Source of the DNA: Candidatus Borrarchaeum weybense
GTDB lineage: Archaea > Asgardarchaeota > Sifarchaeia > Borrarchaeales > Borrarchaeaceae
Length of the DNA: 64,000 bases
Assembly: GCA_019057385.1 (NCBI GenBank)
Contig: JAHQJS010000005.1
Location: 1-64,000, forward strand
Direction: 5' to 3'
Shown here piece after piece: positions 1-10,500 of this stretch. The notes under the pieces were generated by a model that saw only the letters and a list, made by a program, of their open reading frames with translations, did not search any database and was not told where the DNA came from. Positions within the stretch are counted from its first letter, which is position 1. Each line of letters begins with the position of its first letter. A program made the translations under genes and the position numbers.

Positions 1-707
1 ATAAGGAATACGGCATCGATCCCACCGGCTGCGTCTTCTGGGAACTCTACGCCAGCCCACCCAGCCTGGACGTCGATGAGTTCCTCACATACGTTTACCC
101 CCATATCTATGAGATGTATAAAAGCGTCAAGCGTTACCACCCGCTGGGCATCACCTATTACCCCGACAGCGTGGAACGCTGGAGAATTCTGTTCGACTAC
201 GCCGTCAATGATAAACAGTACCTACCCACCATCTCTCTACCCGCTGCCATTACCTTCCCCATCAACGCCAACGGTGACCTGGAATGCGATCACCAGGCCA
301 TGATCCGGCTATGCAAGGAATACAACCAACCCTACACCGCTACCATCCTGCCCTACTTCATGCGGGACGCTACAAAAGAAGAAATCTACCAAAAGGTCAA
401 AGAAATCGCAGAAGCCAGCGTCCAAGCAAATCTACCAGTTATGATCTCGCCGGCGGCGCTGACCAACGACACCGACCCCGAAAAAGTCGATATCTTCTTC
501 CAAGCAGTCTGTGAGCATGGCAACTACACGTTCCCCGCCTATCGGAAACTCAGCAAGCAGCAACTAAAAGAATGCCCCGTCTGCCAACAGGTCACCGATG
601 TGTGCTACGAGGACCGGACAATTGTCTGCCCCTCCTGCCACTACAAAGCACGGTTTGCCGGTGACGAACACATGGACTACGCCGTCATCATCCAAGAACA
701 CAACTAG
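1..707 (+). CDS. Uroporphyrinogen decarboxylase / methylcobamide methyltransferase-like protein (C-terminal part) with C-terminal Zn ribbon; 5'-truncated by window edge
   Basis: The frame of ORF 114..707 is open back to the window edge (KEYGIDPTGCVFWELYASPPSLDVDEFLTYVYP...). URO-D-family-like motifs: 'SP..F..Y..P', 'T.EEI...V.EI', 'T.PEKV..F..AV.E.G.Y'. C-terminal CPVC..CPSC. Visibly more GC-rich than the rest of the window. Confidence 0.55.
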   Translation, partial: KEYGIDPTGCVFWELYASPPSLDVDEFLTYVYPHIYEMYKSVKRYHPLGITYYPDSVERWRILFDYAVNDKQYLPTISLPAAITFPINANGDLECDHQAMIRLCKEYNQPYTATILPYFMRDATKEEIYQKVKEIAEASVQANLPVMISPAALTNDTDPEKVDIFFQAVCEHGNYTFPAYRKLSKQQLKECPVCQQVTDVCYEDRTIVCPSCHYKARFAGDEHMDYAVIIQEHN

Positions 708-886
708 TTGTCAGTTAGTCACTGACATATCAAAATTTTTTATTATAATCTAATTTTAGTTGGCAGATTAAATAAAAACAGTGCAGTATACCTCTTGTTT
801 TAGGTTTGATCGTTCTTATAATGCGCAATGAAAATACTTTTCAGTACAAATAGTTCTTACAGAGAGATAGAAAGGGAATTCTTATT

Positions 887-2245
887 TTGGTGGTCTCTCT
901 GGAGTTATATTTCAATCTCGCTAGTCTTGCATTAAAGGAAATTGAAAATGGATTATCAGCAAGATTAGCACTTAAGAAAATATCTTCTAGGTATAGTATT
1001 ACTAATACGAAACTAAGAAGCAAAGTCCATGCTTTAGTCATTGAAACAATTCGTCGTCTTAACTACATAGATTGGGTTACAAATATCTCACTAGAAGGCA
1101 CTTCTATTTCTCAACTTCCTCCATACATTCGATCCATACTAAGATTATCAGTATATCAGTTGAAGTTCTTATCAACTCAACCTTCACAGTTTTTTTCTGC
1201 ATTAATAGGGCTTATTGCGAAAAAATTTGGCAGAAAAGATGCAGGATTCGTCAAAGCAATTCTATACGAAATTGAAAAGAGAGATACAACTTATTACTTC
1301 ACAAGATTGTCTGAATACGAAAAAATAGGACTACAGCTATTTCATCCTACTTGGTTTGTAAGGTATTTGTTTCGAATTATGGGACGTTCTGAAGCATTAA
1401 AGGTAATGAGAAAGAATAATTCACAACCTACTCAATATATACGCGTAAATACTTTGAAAGTCCATCCTGAAATGCTCCAGAGGAAATTAGCGAAAGAAAA
1501 GACTATTGTGACTATTGATCCCGAATTATTTGATGTGCTGCATATTAAAAAGATGAAAAGACCTCTAATTCATAGTCCATATTATAAAAACGGCTTCTTT
1601 TACATTCAAAACAAAGCTTCTGCACTTGTCACTCATATCCTGAATCCTAAAGAAAATGATGTAGTTCTGGATGTGTGTGCTGCACCTGGAGGAAAAACTA
1701 CTCACATTGGACAGTTTATGAAAAATGAAGGGGAAATTGTTGCTCTTGATAGTTCTAGCAAGCGTATGTATGAACTTATAGAAACGTCTCAAAGGCAGTC
1801 TATCAATATTATTCAGCCATTACTTGCTGATTCTCGATCAATTTCATTTGCCTCTAAAAAGCAGTTTGATAAAGTTTTAGTAGACGCCCCCTGTAGTAGT
1901 ACAGGGGCTTTTTGGTCACGTCCAAGTAGAAAATGGTCTGTTAACAGGAGACTTATTAAGTGGCTAAGTCAAATTCAATGGTCTTTATTGGAACGAGCAG
2001 CAAGTTTAGTGCGCTCAAAAGGAATCTTGGTGTATTCGACTTGTTCACTTACTCTTGAAGAAAATGAAATGATAATAGAACGCTTCCTTAAATTGAATTC
2101 AGATTTTAAACTTACAGAAGCAACACCATTTATTGGAATACATGGTTTTAGGGGGTTAAATCTCTGTCAAAGATTATTTCCTCATATTAACAATACTGAT
2201 GGGGTCTTTATTGCTAAGTTAATTCGGCGTTCTCGTGAAGAATAA
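887..2245 (+). CDS. rsmB: RsmB/NOP2 (Sun/Fmu) family RNA m5C methyltransferase with N-terminal NusB-like domain
   Basis: Motifs DVCAAPGGKT, VLVDAPCSSTG, LVYSTCS, EENE. Confidence 0.92.
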   Translation: MVVSLELYFNLASLALKEIENGLSARLALKKISSRYSITNTKLRSKVHALVIETIRRLNYIDWVTNISLEGTSISQLPPYIRSILRLSVYQLKFLSTQPSQFFSALIGLIAKKFGRKDAGFVKAILYEIEKRDTTYYFTRLSEYEKIGLQLFHPTWFVRYLFRIMGRSEALKVMRKNNSQPTQYIRVNTLKVHPEMLQRKLAKEKTIVTIDPELFDVLHIKKMKRPLIHSPYYKNGFFYIQNKASALVTHILNPKENDVVLDVCAAPGGKTTHIGQFMKNEGEIVALDSSSKRMYELIETSQRQSINIIQPLLADSRSISFASKKQFDKVLVDAPCSSTGAFWSRPSRKWSVNRRLIKWLSQIQWSLLERAASLVRSKGILVYSTCSLTLEENEMIIERFLKLNSDFKLTEATPFIGIHGFRGLNLCQRLFPHINNTDGVFIAKLIRRSREE

Positions 2246-2323
2246 GAAAATCTAACTCTGATTACAATGGAGACGACTAAACCAAGACATCATATCTTGT
2301 CTCGTCTATAAAATCTTAATTAT

Positions 2324-3745
2324 TTACTCCCAAACTGAACTAAGAAATGACTTGTATTCTCTTGGTAACTCTGGCCTCTGAATTATTATTACAAGTCCAT
2401 TCACAAAGCCTCCCATACCCATGACAAAAATTAGTGAGAATAAATCTTTAATAAACCCTATTTCCTTCAAAAACACGACAAAAATCAATGTGATGACGGC
2501 CGCTATAATACAAAATGAATAGATATGAATTAAATTAAGTTTTAGGAGTTTTCTTATATAATTTGAAAGATAAATGGCAACTGCGCATGTTGTTATAGTC
2601 CAAAGAACACTTAATCCTATTACACCAAAATTCAAAATCACTGGTATGCTTAAGCCACCAAGTATTATGAGTTGAATCAAATTCAGCTTTATTAGAAGTT
2701 CTGGACGTCCCATTGCATTTAGTAAATCTCTGTATGAAACAGATATCGCACGAAATAGACCATAAATCGACAATATTTGCAATAAAATTACCATCGGTAA
2801 CCATTTTTCTGTATAGAAATAAAGTGTTATCTCCCAGGCTAAAGGAATAACGATTACGACAAAGGGAAGTATAAATAATAAAATGAGTTGTAAAAACCTT
2901 TCATATATCGATCGTAGCGTATTTTCCTGATTTAATGATTGTGATAAGGCGGGTAAGGATACTTTGCCTATAACTTCAGCGATCCCGTCGACTGGAATAC
3001 TTGCTAAAAGGAAGGCAATTGAATAAAACCCGAGTATTTCAGAACCAGCAAATTTTCCGATAATCCCTTTATCTACATTAATCAACAAGAAAAGTAGATA
3101 ACCAACCAAAGCATATCGTACACCTTTGTTTATCACATTTCTTACGATTTGTCCAGAAAAATTTAACTTTGGTAACCAGGGCGCAAGAATCCATACACAT
3201 ATAAGGCTAGCAATACATCCCACCAAAACACCATAAACAAGACTCAAAACCCCATAGCCTAACAAAGCTAATGGAATTGCTACTAAAGGAAATAGTATTT
3301 CACGAATTATTGCAGGTATCACTCTTTTCTCAAAAAGAAGTTCTTTCTCTAATTTTAAAGATGGAACGGCGCCAAAGGATGTAATAAGAAGCACTAAAGA
3401 AAGTATGGGCAATATTTCTGTTAGAAGTGCTGAATTAAAGAATGTACCAATAGGTGATGCTAAAAAATAAATAAACGTAATCGAAATTCCTGCAAGGATC
3501 GGTTCCAAGACGAATATTACAGTAAAAAGCATCGAGTTATCTTCATTTGATTGAATGATGCTGGTTCTAAATCCTAAGAATAGTGTTGTAAAAATGTTTA
3601 CAAATAGCCACGCAAGCGTCAGGATTCCAAAATCCGAAGGAAATAGTATCCTCGCCAAAATTATGTATGATATAAAACCTATGAATCGTGCAACTCCTGA
3701 ACTTAAGAAAATTGCTAATGTACTTCGAACTATTCGTTTTTGCAC
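2324..3745 (-). CDS. Oligosaccharide/polysaccharide flippase (Wzx/WzxC-like, MOP superfamily)
   Basis: Many TM helices; 'ILARILFPSDFG', 'D...IGKF.G...LGFYSIA' signatures. Confidence 0.88.
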   Translation of the reverse strand: MQKRIVRSTLAIFLSSGVARFIGFISYIILARILFPSDFGILTLAWLFVNIFTTLFLGFRTSIIQSNEDNSMLFTVIFVLEPILAGISITFIYFLASPIGTFFNSALLTEILPILSLVLLITSFGAVPSLKLEKELLFEKRVIPAIIREILFPLVAIPLALLGYGVLSLVYGVLVGCIASLICVWILAPWLPKLNFSGQIVRNVINKGVRYALVGYLLFLLINVDKGIIGKFAGSEILGFYSIAFLLASIPVDGIAEVIGKVSLPALSQSLNQENTLRSIYERFLQLILLFILPFVVIVIPLAWEITLYFYTEKWLPMVILLQILSIYGLFRAISVSYRDLLNAMGRPELLIKLNLIQLIILGGLSIPVILNFGVIGLSVLWTITTCAVAIYLSNYIRKLLKLNLIHIYSFCIIAAVITLIFVVFLKEIGFIKDLFSLIFVMGMGGFVNGLVIIIQRPELPREYKSFLSSVWE

Positions 3746-3984
3746 AAAAGGTTACCCCAGTGTTTCTTTTTGAAATATAAGATTCGTTCGTTCCTCTATA
3801 TTCGAAATTCAATTCTAATTTTAGTCTTCGTAAAGGGCAGATAACCTTTACTTTATTTTTATCTTTTGCATACAGAGCTATTTTTCATTTAGTTGTAATA
3901 TAAGCAAAAGATCATATCAATTGAATTGCATGGAGGATTGCAGAAGACTTTTATTGAATACTGGTTCTTGAAAACTGCTAAGTT

Positions 3985-5607
3985 TTGGTGTCATCTATGG
4001 TTAACTTTGCCGAATTTTTGAAACGAATGAGTTATGAACAATGGCTCTATCTTGTTGTAATTTTCTCTTTTATTCTTAGGCTTCTATGTTTACACCCTTA
4101 TGTTTTTGAAGGACCAAGTTTTTATGATGAAGCACATTGGGTTATCAATGCGAGAGCTTTCGCATCAGGATTAGGTTTTACAGATCTTGCAATCCCTGGT
4201 AATCCACCAGAAAGCATTATTCAATATTCACCAGGTTTACCTATTGTAATCGCTTTACTGTTTCACATACTTGGTATTGAAAGTATATTGCTAATAAAAG
4301 CCATTCCAATACTCGCAAGTATAGGGCTAATTATAGTTACTTATTCTGTTACAAAATTACTCTTTGGAAAGCGTATAGGGCTTGTTAGTAGTATATTCGT
4401 CTCATTTCAATACCAATTATTTGTTTTTTCTCACATACTTCAGCCAGAAATTATCTTAAGTTTTCTTCTGGTTTTGCTTATCTATATCACTATTTTATGG
4501 TCAGAAACAAAGAAATCTAAATTTCTTTTCATTGCAATGCTAATTTCAATTACACTTATTGTTGTTAGAGTCGTAGGTTTTCTGATAGTTCCCTTACTTT
4601 TCATATACATTCTTTTAACGGGAGCAAATTGGAAAGAACGTATACTATTTAACATCTTCTTATATATTGGCGCTCTCTCTTTCTTCGCTCTCTTAATCTA
4701 TGAATACTTCCTAACTGGAACTTTCTTAACATCTTATCAGAAGGAATTATTTTATTATAACCCTCATGATTGGAGTGGAAGCGCTGTCAGTAGTACAGAT
4801 ATTGGTTACATTTCAGCAAGAATCAGTACAGGTATAATATTCTATTTACTTGAAACACCATCAATATTATTATTTGAAATTATTCCGCAATTAGGCATAC
4901 GCCTTATTTTAGGTTATTTCTTTCTAGGACTTGGTTTTTTTCTTGGTATGAAAAGAAGGCGAAAAGAAGTGATTATTCTTCTTTTGTTTGCAGCGCTTAA
5001 TATGATCTTCTTCAGTTGGTGGTATTGGAAGCAAATTAGGTATATTTTACCCATTAGCCCGATATTACTCCCTTTCTGTGCAATATCGTTTGTTAAAATA
5101 GCTGACTGGACTAATAAGTTGCTTAGAACTAAAAAATCATATTTTCTTAAGTTTAATAGCAAGAATATGGCAATTATAATCTCCGCTATCATTGTTTTAG
5201 GCTTTATTATGCCTGATGCCATTCGTGCAGTTTTACACGTTGAAAAAGATAGAACGCATCCTTTAAGCGTAATTCAAGAAGAAACAGTTGATGCATATCA
5301 ATGGATACGAGATAATACACCAACCGATGCCATCATTATGTCAAGAAATCCTCATAGAGCCTTCTATCTCTGTGAACGGAAAGGAGTGTTCCTTCAATTC
5401 GCTCTGGAGGAACAAAATCAAATAGAGTTCATGAGAGACTGGGATGTTTCTTACATCATTCTAGAAGATACACCTGATATAAGACAAGCCTATGATTGGT
5501 TGATTGATCCATCTAATGCTCCTAAAGAATTTCAATTGATGTATTACGTAGAAGTGCCACAAGAAGCACAAGAACCATTTTTCATCATAATATATTCATT
5601 CAAATGA
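3985..5607 (+). CDS. GT-C fold glycosyltransferase (GT39/PMT/ArnT-like)
   Basis: N-terminal 'FYDEAHW', 'YSPGLP', 'RYILP', multiple TMs, extracellular C-terminal domain 'W.RDNTP.DA.I'. Confidence 0.8.
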   Translation: MVSSMVNFAEFLKRMSYEQWLYLVVIFSFILRLLCLHPYVFEGPSFYDEAHWVINARAFASGLGFTDLAIPGNPPESIIQYSPGLPIVIALLFHILGIESILLIKAIPILASIGLIIVTYSVTKLLFGKRIGLVSSIFVSFQYQLFVFSHILQPEIILSFLLVLLIYITILWSETKKSKFLFIAMLISITLIVVRVVGFLIVPLLFIYILLTGANWKERILFNIFLYIGALSFFALLIYEYFLTGTFLTSYQKELFYYNPHDWSGSAVSSTDIGYISARISTGIIFYLLETPSILLFEIIPQLGIRLILGYFFLGLGFFLGMKRRRKEVIILLLFAALNMIFFSWWYWKQIRYILPISPILLPFCAISFVKIADWTNKLLRTKKSYFLKFNSKNMAIIISAIIVLGFIMPDAIRAVLHVEKDRTHPLSVIQEETVDAYQWIRDNTPTDAIIMSRNPHRAFYLCERKGVFLQFALEEQNQIEFMRDWDVSYIILEDTPDIRQAYDWLIDPSNAPKEFQLMYYVEVPQEAQEPFFIIIYSFK

Positions 5608-5649
5608 AATCTTTTAAAAGAATAACTACTCGTCGCAGGTAAGAATGGA

Positions 5650-5946
5650 TTATACACTCCAATCCTCACCTAAATCGAAATTAGTTAATAAATTGAGGCA
5701 ATGATGGTATTTCTTGTTTATTGCAGTTACAAGATCTATATTCATAATGTTTGCGAGTGAAGCGGTCCAAGCGATAATATCAGCCAATTCTTCTTCAAGT
5801 TCTTCATAACTTCTATCTTTTACAATTGCACTCGCTAATTCACCTATTTCCTCAAAAAGCCAAAGAGTAGTCTTAAGAACACCACGTTCATAATCATTTT
5901 TGAAATATAATTGCCTCATTAATTGTTGAAATTCTTTTAGTCGCAA
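5650..5946 (-). CDS. MazG-like nucleotide pyrophosphohydrolase
   Basis: WLFEEIGELA...EEELADIIAW motif; likely TTG start at 5946 after GAGGTGA SD (ORF track extends to 6033). Confidence 0.88.
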   Translation of the reverse strand: MRLKEFQQLMRQLYFKNDYERGVLKTTLWLFEEIGELASAIVKDRSYEELEEELADIIAWTASLANIMNIDLVTAINKKYHHCLNLLTNFDLGEDWSV

Positions 5947-6371
5947 AAATTCACCTCTAATTGTTTTGAAGAATGTGTTCTGGTTAAAGAATTTAAAATC
6001 TTTGTAGTAATTATGTAAGTTTAACAATCCCATAACAATTAAACGAATTAATCAGGTTAAAATAATGATTAAAGGTCAACTTAATCAATTTTGGCGACAA
6101 CAAACCTCTTTTCATTAAGATATGTTAAAATTGATTTTAAGCACGTTTAATTCTTCAATTGAAGAAGGTGAATTTTTTAACCATAACATTTTTGTAAGAT
6201 CATTTCTACAACAATTGTAGAGGCGTCTATAAAGGCGTTTAAAAATGGTATTTGGACGGACACCTCTATTTAGGTACAGAAACAAAAAGAAGTTTTTTGC
6301 ATAAAAGTCAAAATCTATTGAGTTTAACAAATTAGATGAAAATTTCTATAAAAAGAAAAAGGGTGAAGACA

Positions 6372-6647
6372 ATGCGAAAATGCCCTAACTGTGGAAGCAC
6401 AAGTATTAAAGAAGAAATTGACCGAAGTAAGATTATTGGATATTTGCTTCACGACCCAATATATGAGAAAACGCTCGTTTGCAAGAACTGTACACATAGA
6501 TGGAAATCTGGAGAAGAAGCACAAAAGCCTGCAAGGCCATCACCAGAAGAACCTGAACCCCCATTAGAAGAACCTGAATCCTTAATAGAAGAATCTAAAC
6601 CCCTACCAGAGGAACCGGAAGCCCCACCAGAGGAACCACCCACTTAA
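6372..6647 (+). CDS. Small Zn-finger protein (CPNC..CKNC) with Pro/Glu-rich repeat tail
   Basis: GGGTGA SD before ATG 6372; two CxxC pairs; tail built of 7-aa repeats. Confidence 0.7.
   Translation: MRKCPNCGSTSIKEEIDRSKIIGYLLHDPIYEKTLVCKNCTHRWKSGEEAQKPARPSPEEPEPPLEEPESLIEESKPLPEEPEAPPEEPPT
6543..6644 (+). repeat. 21-bp imperfect coding tandem repeat, ~5 copies (PEEPEPP-like)
   Basis: ccagaagaacctgaaccccca / ttagaagaacctgaatcctta / atagaagaatctaaaccccta / ccagaggaaccggaagcccca / ccagaggaaccacccact. Confidence 0.85.
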
Positions 6648-6938
6648 GACTAAGGTGGTATTTAAAGTTACAGCATGACGTAGTAAAGACAAAAAGGCTA
6701 AAATTTCATAAAGACTCTTACTTTTTCACTATTTTTTGATATCTTTAGAGTTTCAAACTAAAATTAGGTTAAGCAAAAGAAAACATATTAAGAGAAAATG
6801 ATAAATTAAGGAAAATCTTCATTCTCGTTGCGAATAATCTTTATAGACAGAAAAGCAGGCAACGAACCAAAGTTCTTATCAGTCATCTTACATTGTGTTA
6901 ACTTTTCTCTCGATTTTCAGTCTTGGAGAGTGTCAAAC

Positions 6939-7139
6939 TTAGCCAAATGGTATGATACCCTCTTGCGACAACTGTGCTATAGTTACTGCAATTATGAAAA
7001 CAATGACCAAAATTATAACTGTTCCAGGGCCAACTTTAATTCCTGGAGCGTCATCTTGGTAAAATCTTATTAGTCCAGCACTCGCTGAAGGCATTGGTGC
7101 ATCTTTTTTCTTTTTAGATTTCTTAGTTCTGCGTGACAT
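6939..7139 (-). CDS. secG: Protein translocase subunit Sec61-beta
   Basis: 'MPSASAGLIRFYQDDAPGIKVGP' followed by a single TM helix. Confidence 0.95.
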   Translation of the reverse strand: MSRRTKKSKKKKDAPMPSASAGLIRFYQDDAPGIKVGPGTVIILVIVFIIAVTIAQLSQEGIIPFG

Positions 7140-7226
7140 AAAAACTCATCCTCATTTTTTAATAACCTGACTTTATAATGTTTTCCTCATTACAAGTTTC
7201 GTAAAGATTTATTTTATCTTTTCTCC

Positions 7227-7263
7227 GCAAGAAGACCCCTCAACTTGTTGGGTGGTAGTTCAC
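7227..7263 (+). mobile_element. Solo IS200/IS605 right-end remnant (PATE-like)
   Basis: GAAG + hairpin (acccctcaacttgttgggtgg) + TAGTTCAC, the same terminus as both tnpB elements in the window. Confidence 0.65.
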
Positions 7264-7513
7264 CTTAATAAATTCTTAAGAATGAAAAGAATAGCCTAAA
7301 AAATACCATATTAGTGTTTATAGAATTCTTTTAAAGGGTTTTGTCGAATTTTTACTGAGAGGGGTTTACGCGACGCTAAGTTTATATGTCTCTTAGGAAA
7401 ATACATTTTATAGAACTATTTTACTTATTTTCATGTTTTAACTCACTTTGTTATGAAATGTTCATCATTTCATTTGGATGGTGAGATGTGTAAAACAAGG
7501 ATAGGTATGATCC

Positions 7514-10500
7514 ATGAGTGATCCATTAAACAGTGAATATTTCAAAAATATTGAAGAAAATGTAGAAAAGTCATATGAACTTGCAAAAAAGGCAAGAGAA
7601 AAGAACTTAGATCCCTCACCACTTCCTGAAATAGCCTTAGCAAATGATCTTGCAGCGCGAGTTGAAGGATTGGTTGGGCCAAAAGGTGTTGCGCAGGCTA
7701 TTCGCCAACTTCAAGAGAAACTCGAACGCGAAGAGGTAGCTTTTCAAATAGCAAAAGACATTGTCTATGAGAAATTTGGAAAAATGAGCGATGAAGAAGG
7801 TGCCGAACAAGCAATCCGGACTGCCCTAGCCATTCTTTCTAGTGGAATCACGGCTGCTCCATTAGAAGGTATTGCAAAAGTTAAAATCAAGAAAGGAGCA
7901 GATTCAAAACGTTATTTGAGCATCTATTTTTCTGGACCTATAAGAGCTGCTGGAGGAACAGAGACAGCATTGACCGTACTAGTAGGGGATTTTGTACGAC
8001 GATTGCTGCATCTCGACAGATATAATCCTTCAAGTAATGAAGTCGAACGATATATCGAGGAAGTTGATCTTTACAAACGTGCAGTTCATCTACAATACCC
8101 TTCAATAGATGAAGAAATTCGAAAAGCAGTAGAGCACCTTCCAGTTGAAGTTACTGGTGAACCAACGGAGAAAATAGAAGTATCAGGTTATCGCGATATT
8201 CCTTCTATTGAAACAAATCGTGTCCGTGGAGGAGCTATTCTTGTACTTAATGATGGTATTTTAGGCAAAGCCCATAAACTCCCAAAAATAGTTAGAAAAA
8301 TAGGACTAGAGGGATGGGAATGGTTAAAGAATCTAAAAGAGTTAAAATCCAAAAAAGAAACTGATGCAAGTGATTCAAAACGGATGACAAGTGATAAATA
8401 CCTTGCAGATGTAATTGCAGGTCGTCCAGTATTTGCACATCCCTCTAGACCCGGTGGATTTCGTCCAAGATATGGAAGAGCTCGAAATACGGGACTTGCT
8501 GCTGTTGGAATAAATCCTGCAACAATGGAAATCTTAGACGAATTTCTCGCTACAGGAACTCATGTGGTTACTGAAAGACCAGGAAAGGGTGCGATCGTAG
8601 TTCCAGTAGATAGTATAGAAGGACCAACAGTGAGACTCAAAGGTGGTTCGGTGTGTTCATTCAATAACATCGAAGAAGCACGTTCACATATACATGACAC
8701 AGAAAAAATCCTCTATCTTGGGGATATGCTCATTGCGTATGGGGAATTCTTAGAGAATAATCATCCTCTCATTAATTCAGGATACTGTGAAGAATGGTGG
8801 GTTCTGGAATTAAAGAACGCCTTAATGAAATCATCCCTTACAAAGGAAGATCTTTGTGTGCGTCTCAATATTTCTCCTGAACTTCTAAATCAATATATTG
8901 AAAATCCTTTCAGTATCTATCCGAAACCAATTGAGGCAATTAAACTTTCTCAATTACTAAAAATACCGTTACATCCAAGATATACCTATCTATGGCATGA
9001 TATACTTCCTGAAGAACTTAATAACCTTTTAGAATGGCTTGTGCAAGCAAAGATGGAATATAATGGCGAATTTTGTGCTGAAATACGCGTAATTAATACA
9101 GATTTTACTTCAAAGAATATTCTTGAGAAACTTTGCATCCCACACAGCGTGGGGAAGGATGAGATCGTAATATCTCACCATGCTCCAACATTGGCATATT
9201 GCCTTGGGTTCCAAAAAGATATTACATTAGAGAAGATCCGTTCCAAATTTCAAACGACTCCTATGATGAGGGATGTACTCTTCATAATCAATACCCTTTC
9301 TGACATCGAAGTCAGATCCAAAGCACCCATATTTATTGGAGGGCGCCTAGGACGCCCTGAAAAATCAAAAGCACGTGCTACGTCTCCTCCTGTCCATGTA
9401 CTTTTTCCAGTTGGATTTAATGTAGGTCATAATAGAAATATCGTTGAAATAGCAAAAAAGGGAGATGTTTCTCTTGAGATCGTTCGTAAAGAATGCTCAT
9501 CCTGTCATTATACATCATTTATGAACTTATGTCCAAGATGCGGGCATCAAACTGCTACTGCACTTAAATGCCCTAAATGCCACACGGAGAGTCAAAAAAA
9601 TATCTGTCCTAATTGTAAAACGCCTATTCGAGGATTTGAAACACAAAAGGTTTCTCTTCAGCGAATTCTCGATGAAGCCTTGCGGAAAACTGGAGTTAGA
9701 AACATAGAAAAAGTAAAGGGAGTTAAAGGCTTAACTAGCAAATTTAAACAACCTGAAATACTTGAAAAAGGCATTCTTCGCTCTAAATACGGATTATATG
9801 TGTATAAAGATGGAACAACACGATTTGATGCAACTGATGCGCCCTTAAGTCATTTTAAGCCAAAAGAGATTAAAACATCAATTGAAAAACTCGTAAATCT
9901 TGGATATACTCATGATTATATGGGTAATCCGCTCATTGACGATGATCAAATTCTTGAGTTAAAAGTACAAGATATTGTCATTCACGACGAATGTGGCGAT
10001 TATCTTGTTAACGTTGCCAAATTCATTGATGAATTACTCGTCAAAGTATATGAGCAACCTCCTTTTTACAATATCGTTAAGAAGGAACAATTAATTGGAC
10101 ACCTTGCGATTGGATTAGCACCTCATACCTCTGCAGGTGTCATTGCTCGCATCATTGGATTCACTGAGGCATATGTGTGCTACGCGCACCATTACTTTCA
10201 TGCTGCAAAGCGCCGTAACTGCGACGGAGACGAAGATAGCATTCTCCTCCTTTTAGATGGTCTTCTTAATTTCTCTAAGAAACTACTTCCTGAAAAAAGA
10301 GGAGGAATGATGGATGCGCCCTTAGTTTTGACAGTGTGTTTGGATCCTCATGAAATTGATGATGAATCATACACTGTGGATCAAGTTGCGAATTACTCCT
10401 TAGAATTTTATCAAAAAACGCTTGATAATGTTGACCCAAAAGATATTGAAGATATAATAGATAATGTTGGGCATCGTTTGGATTCTCCAGCACTGTATGC

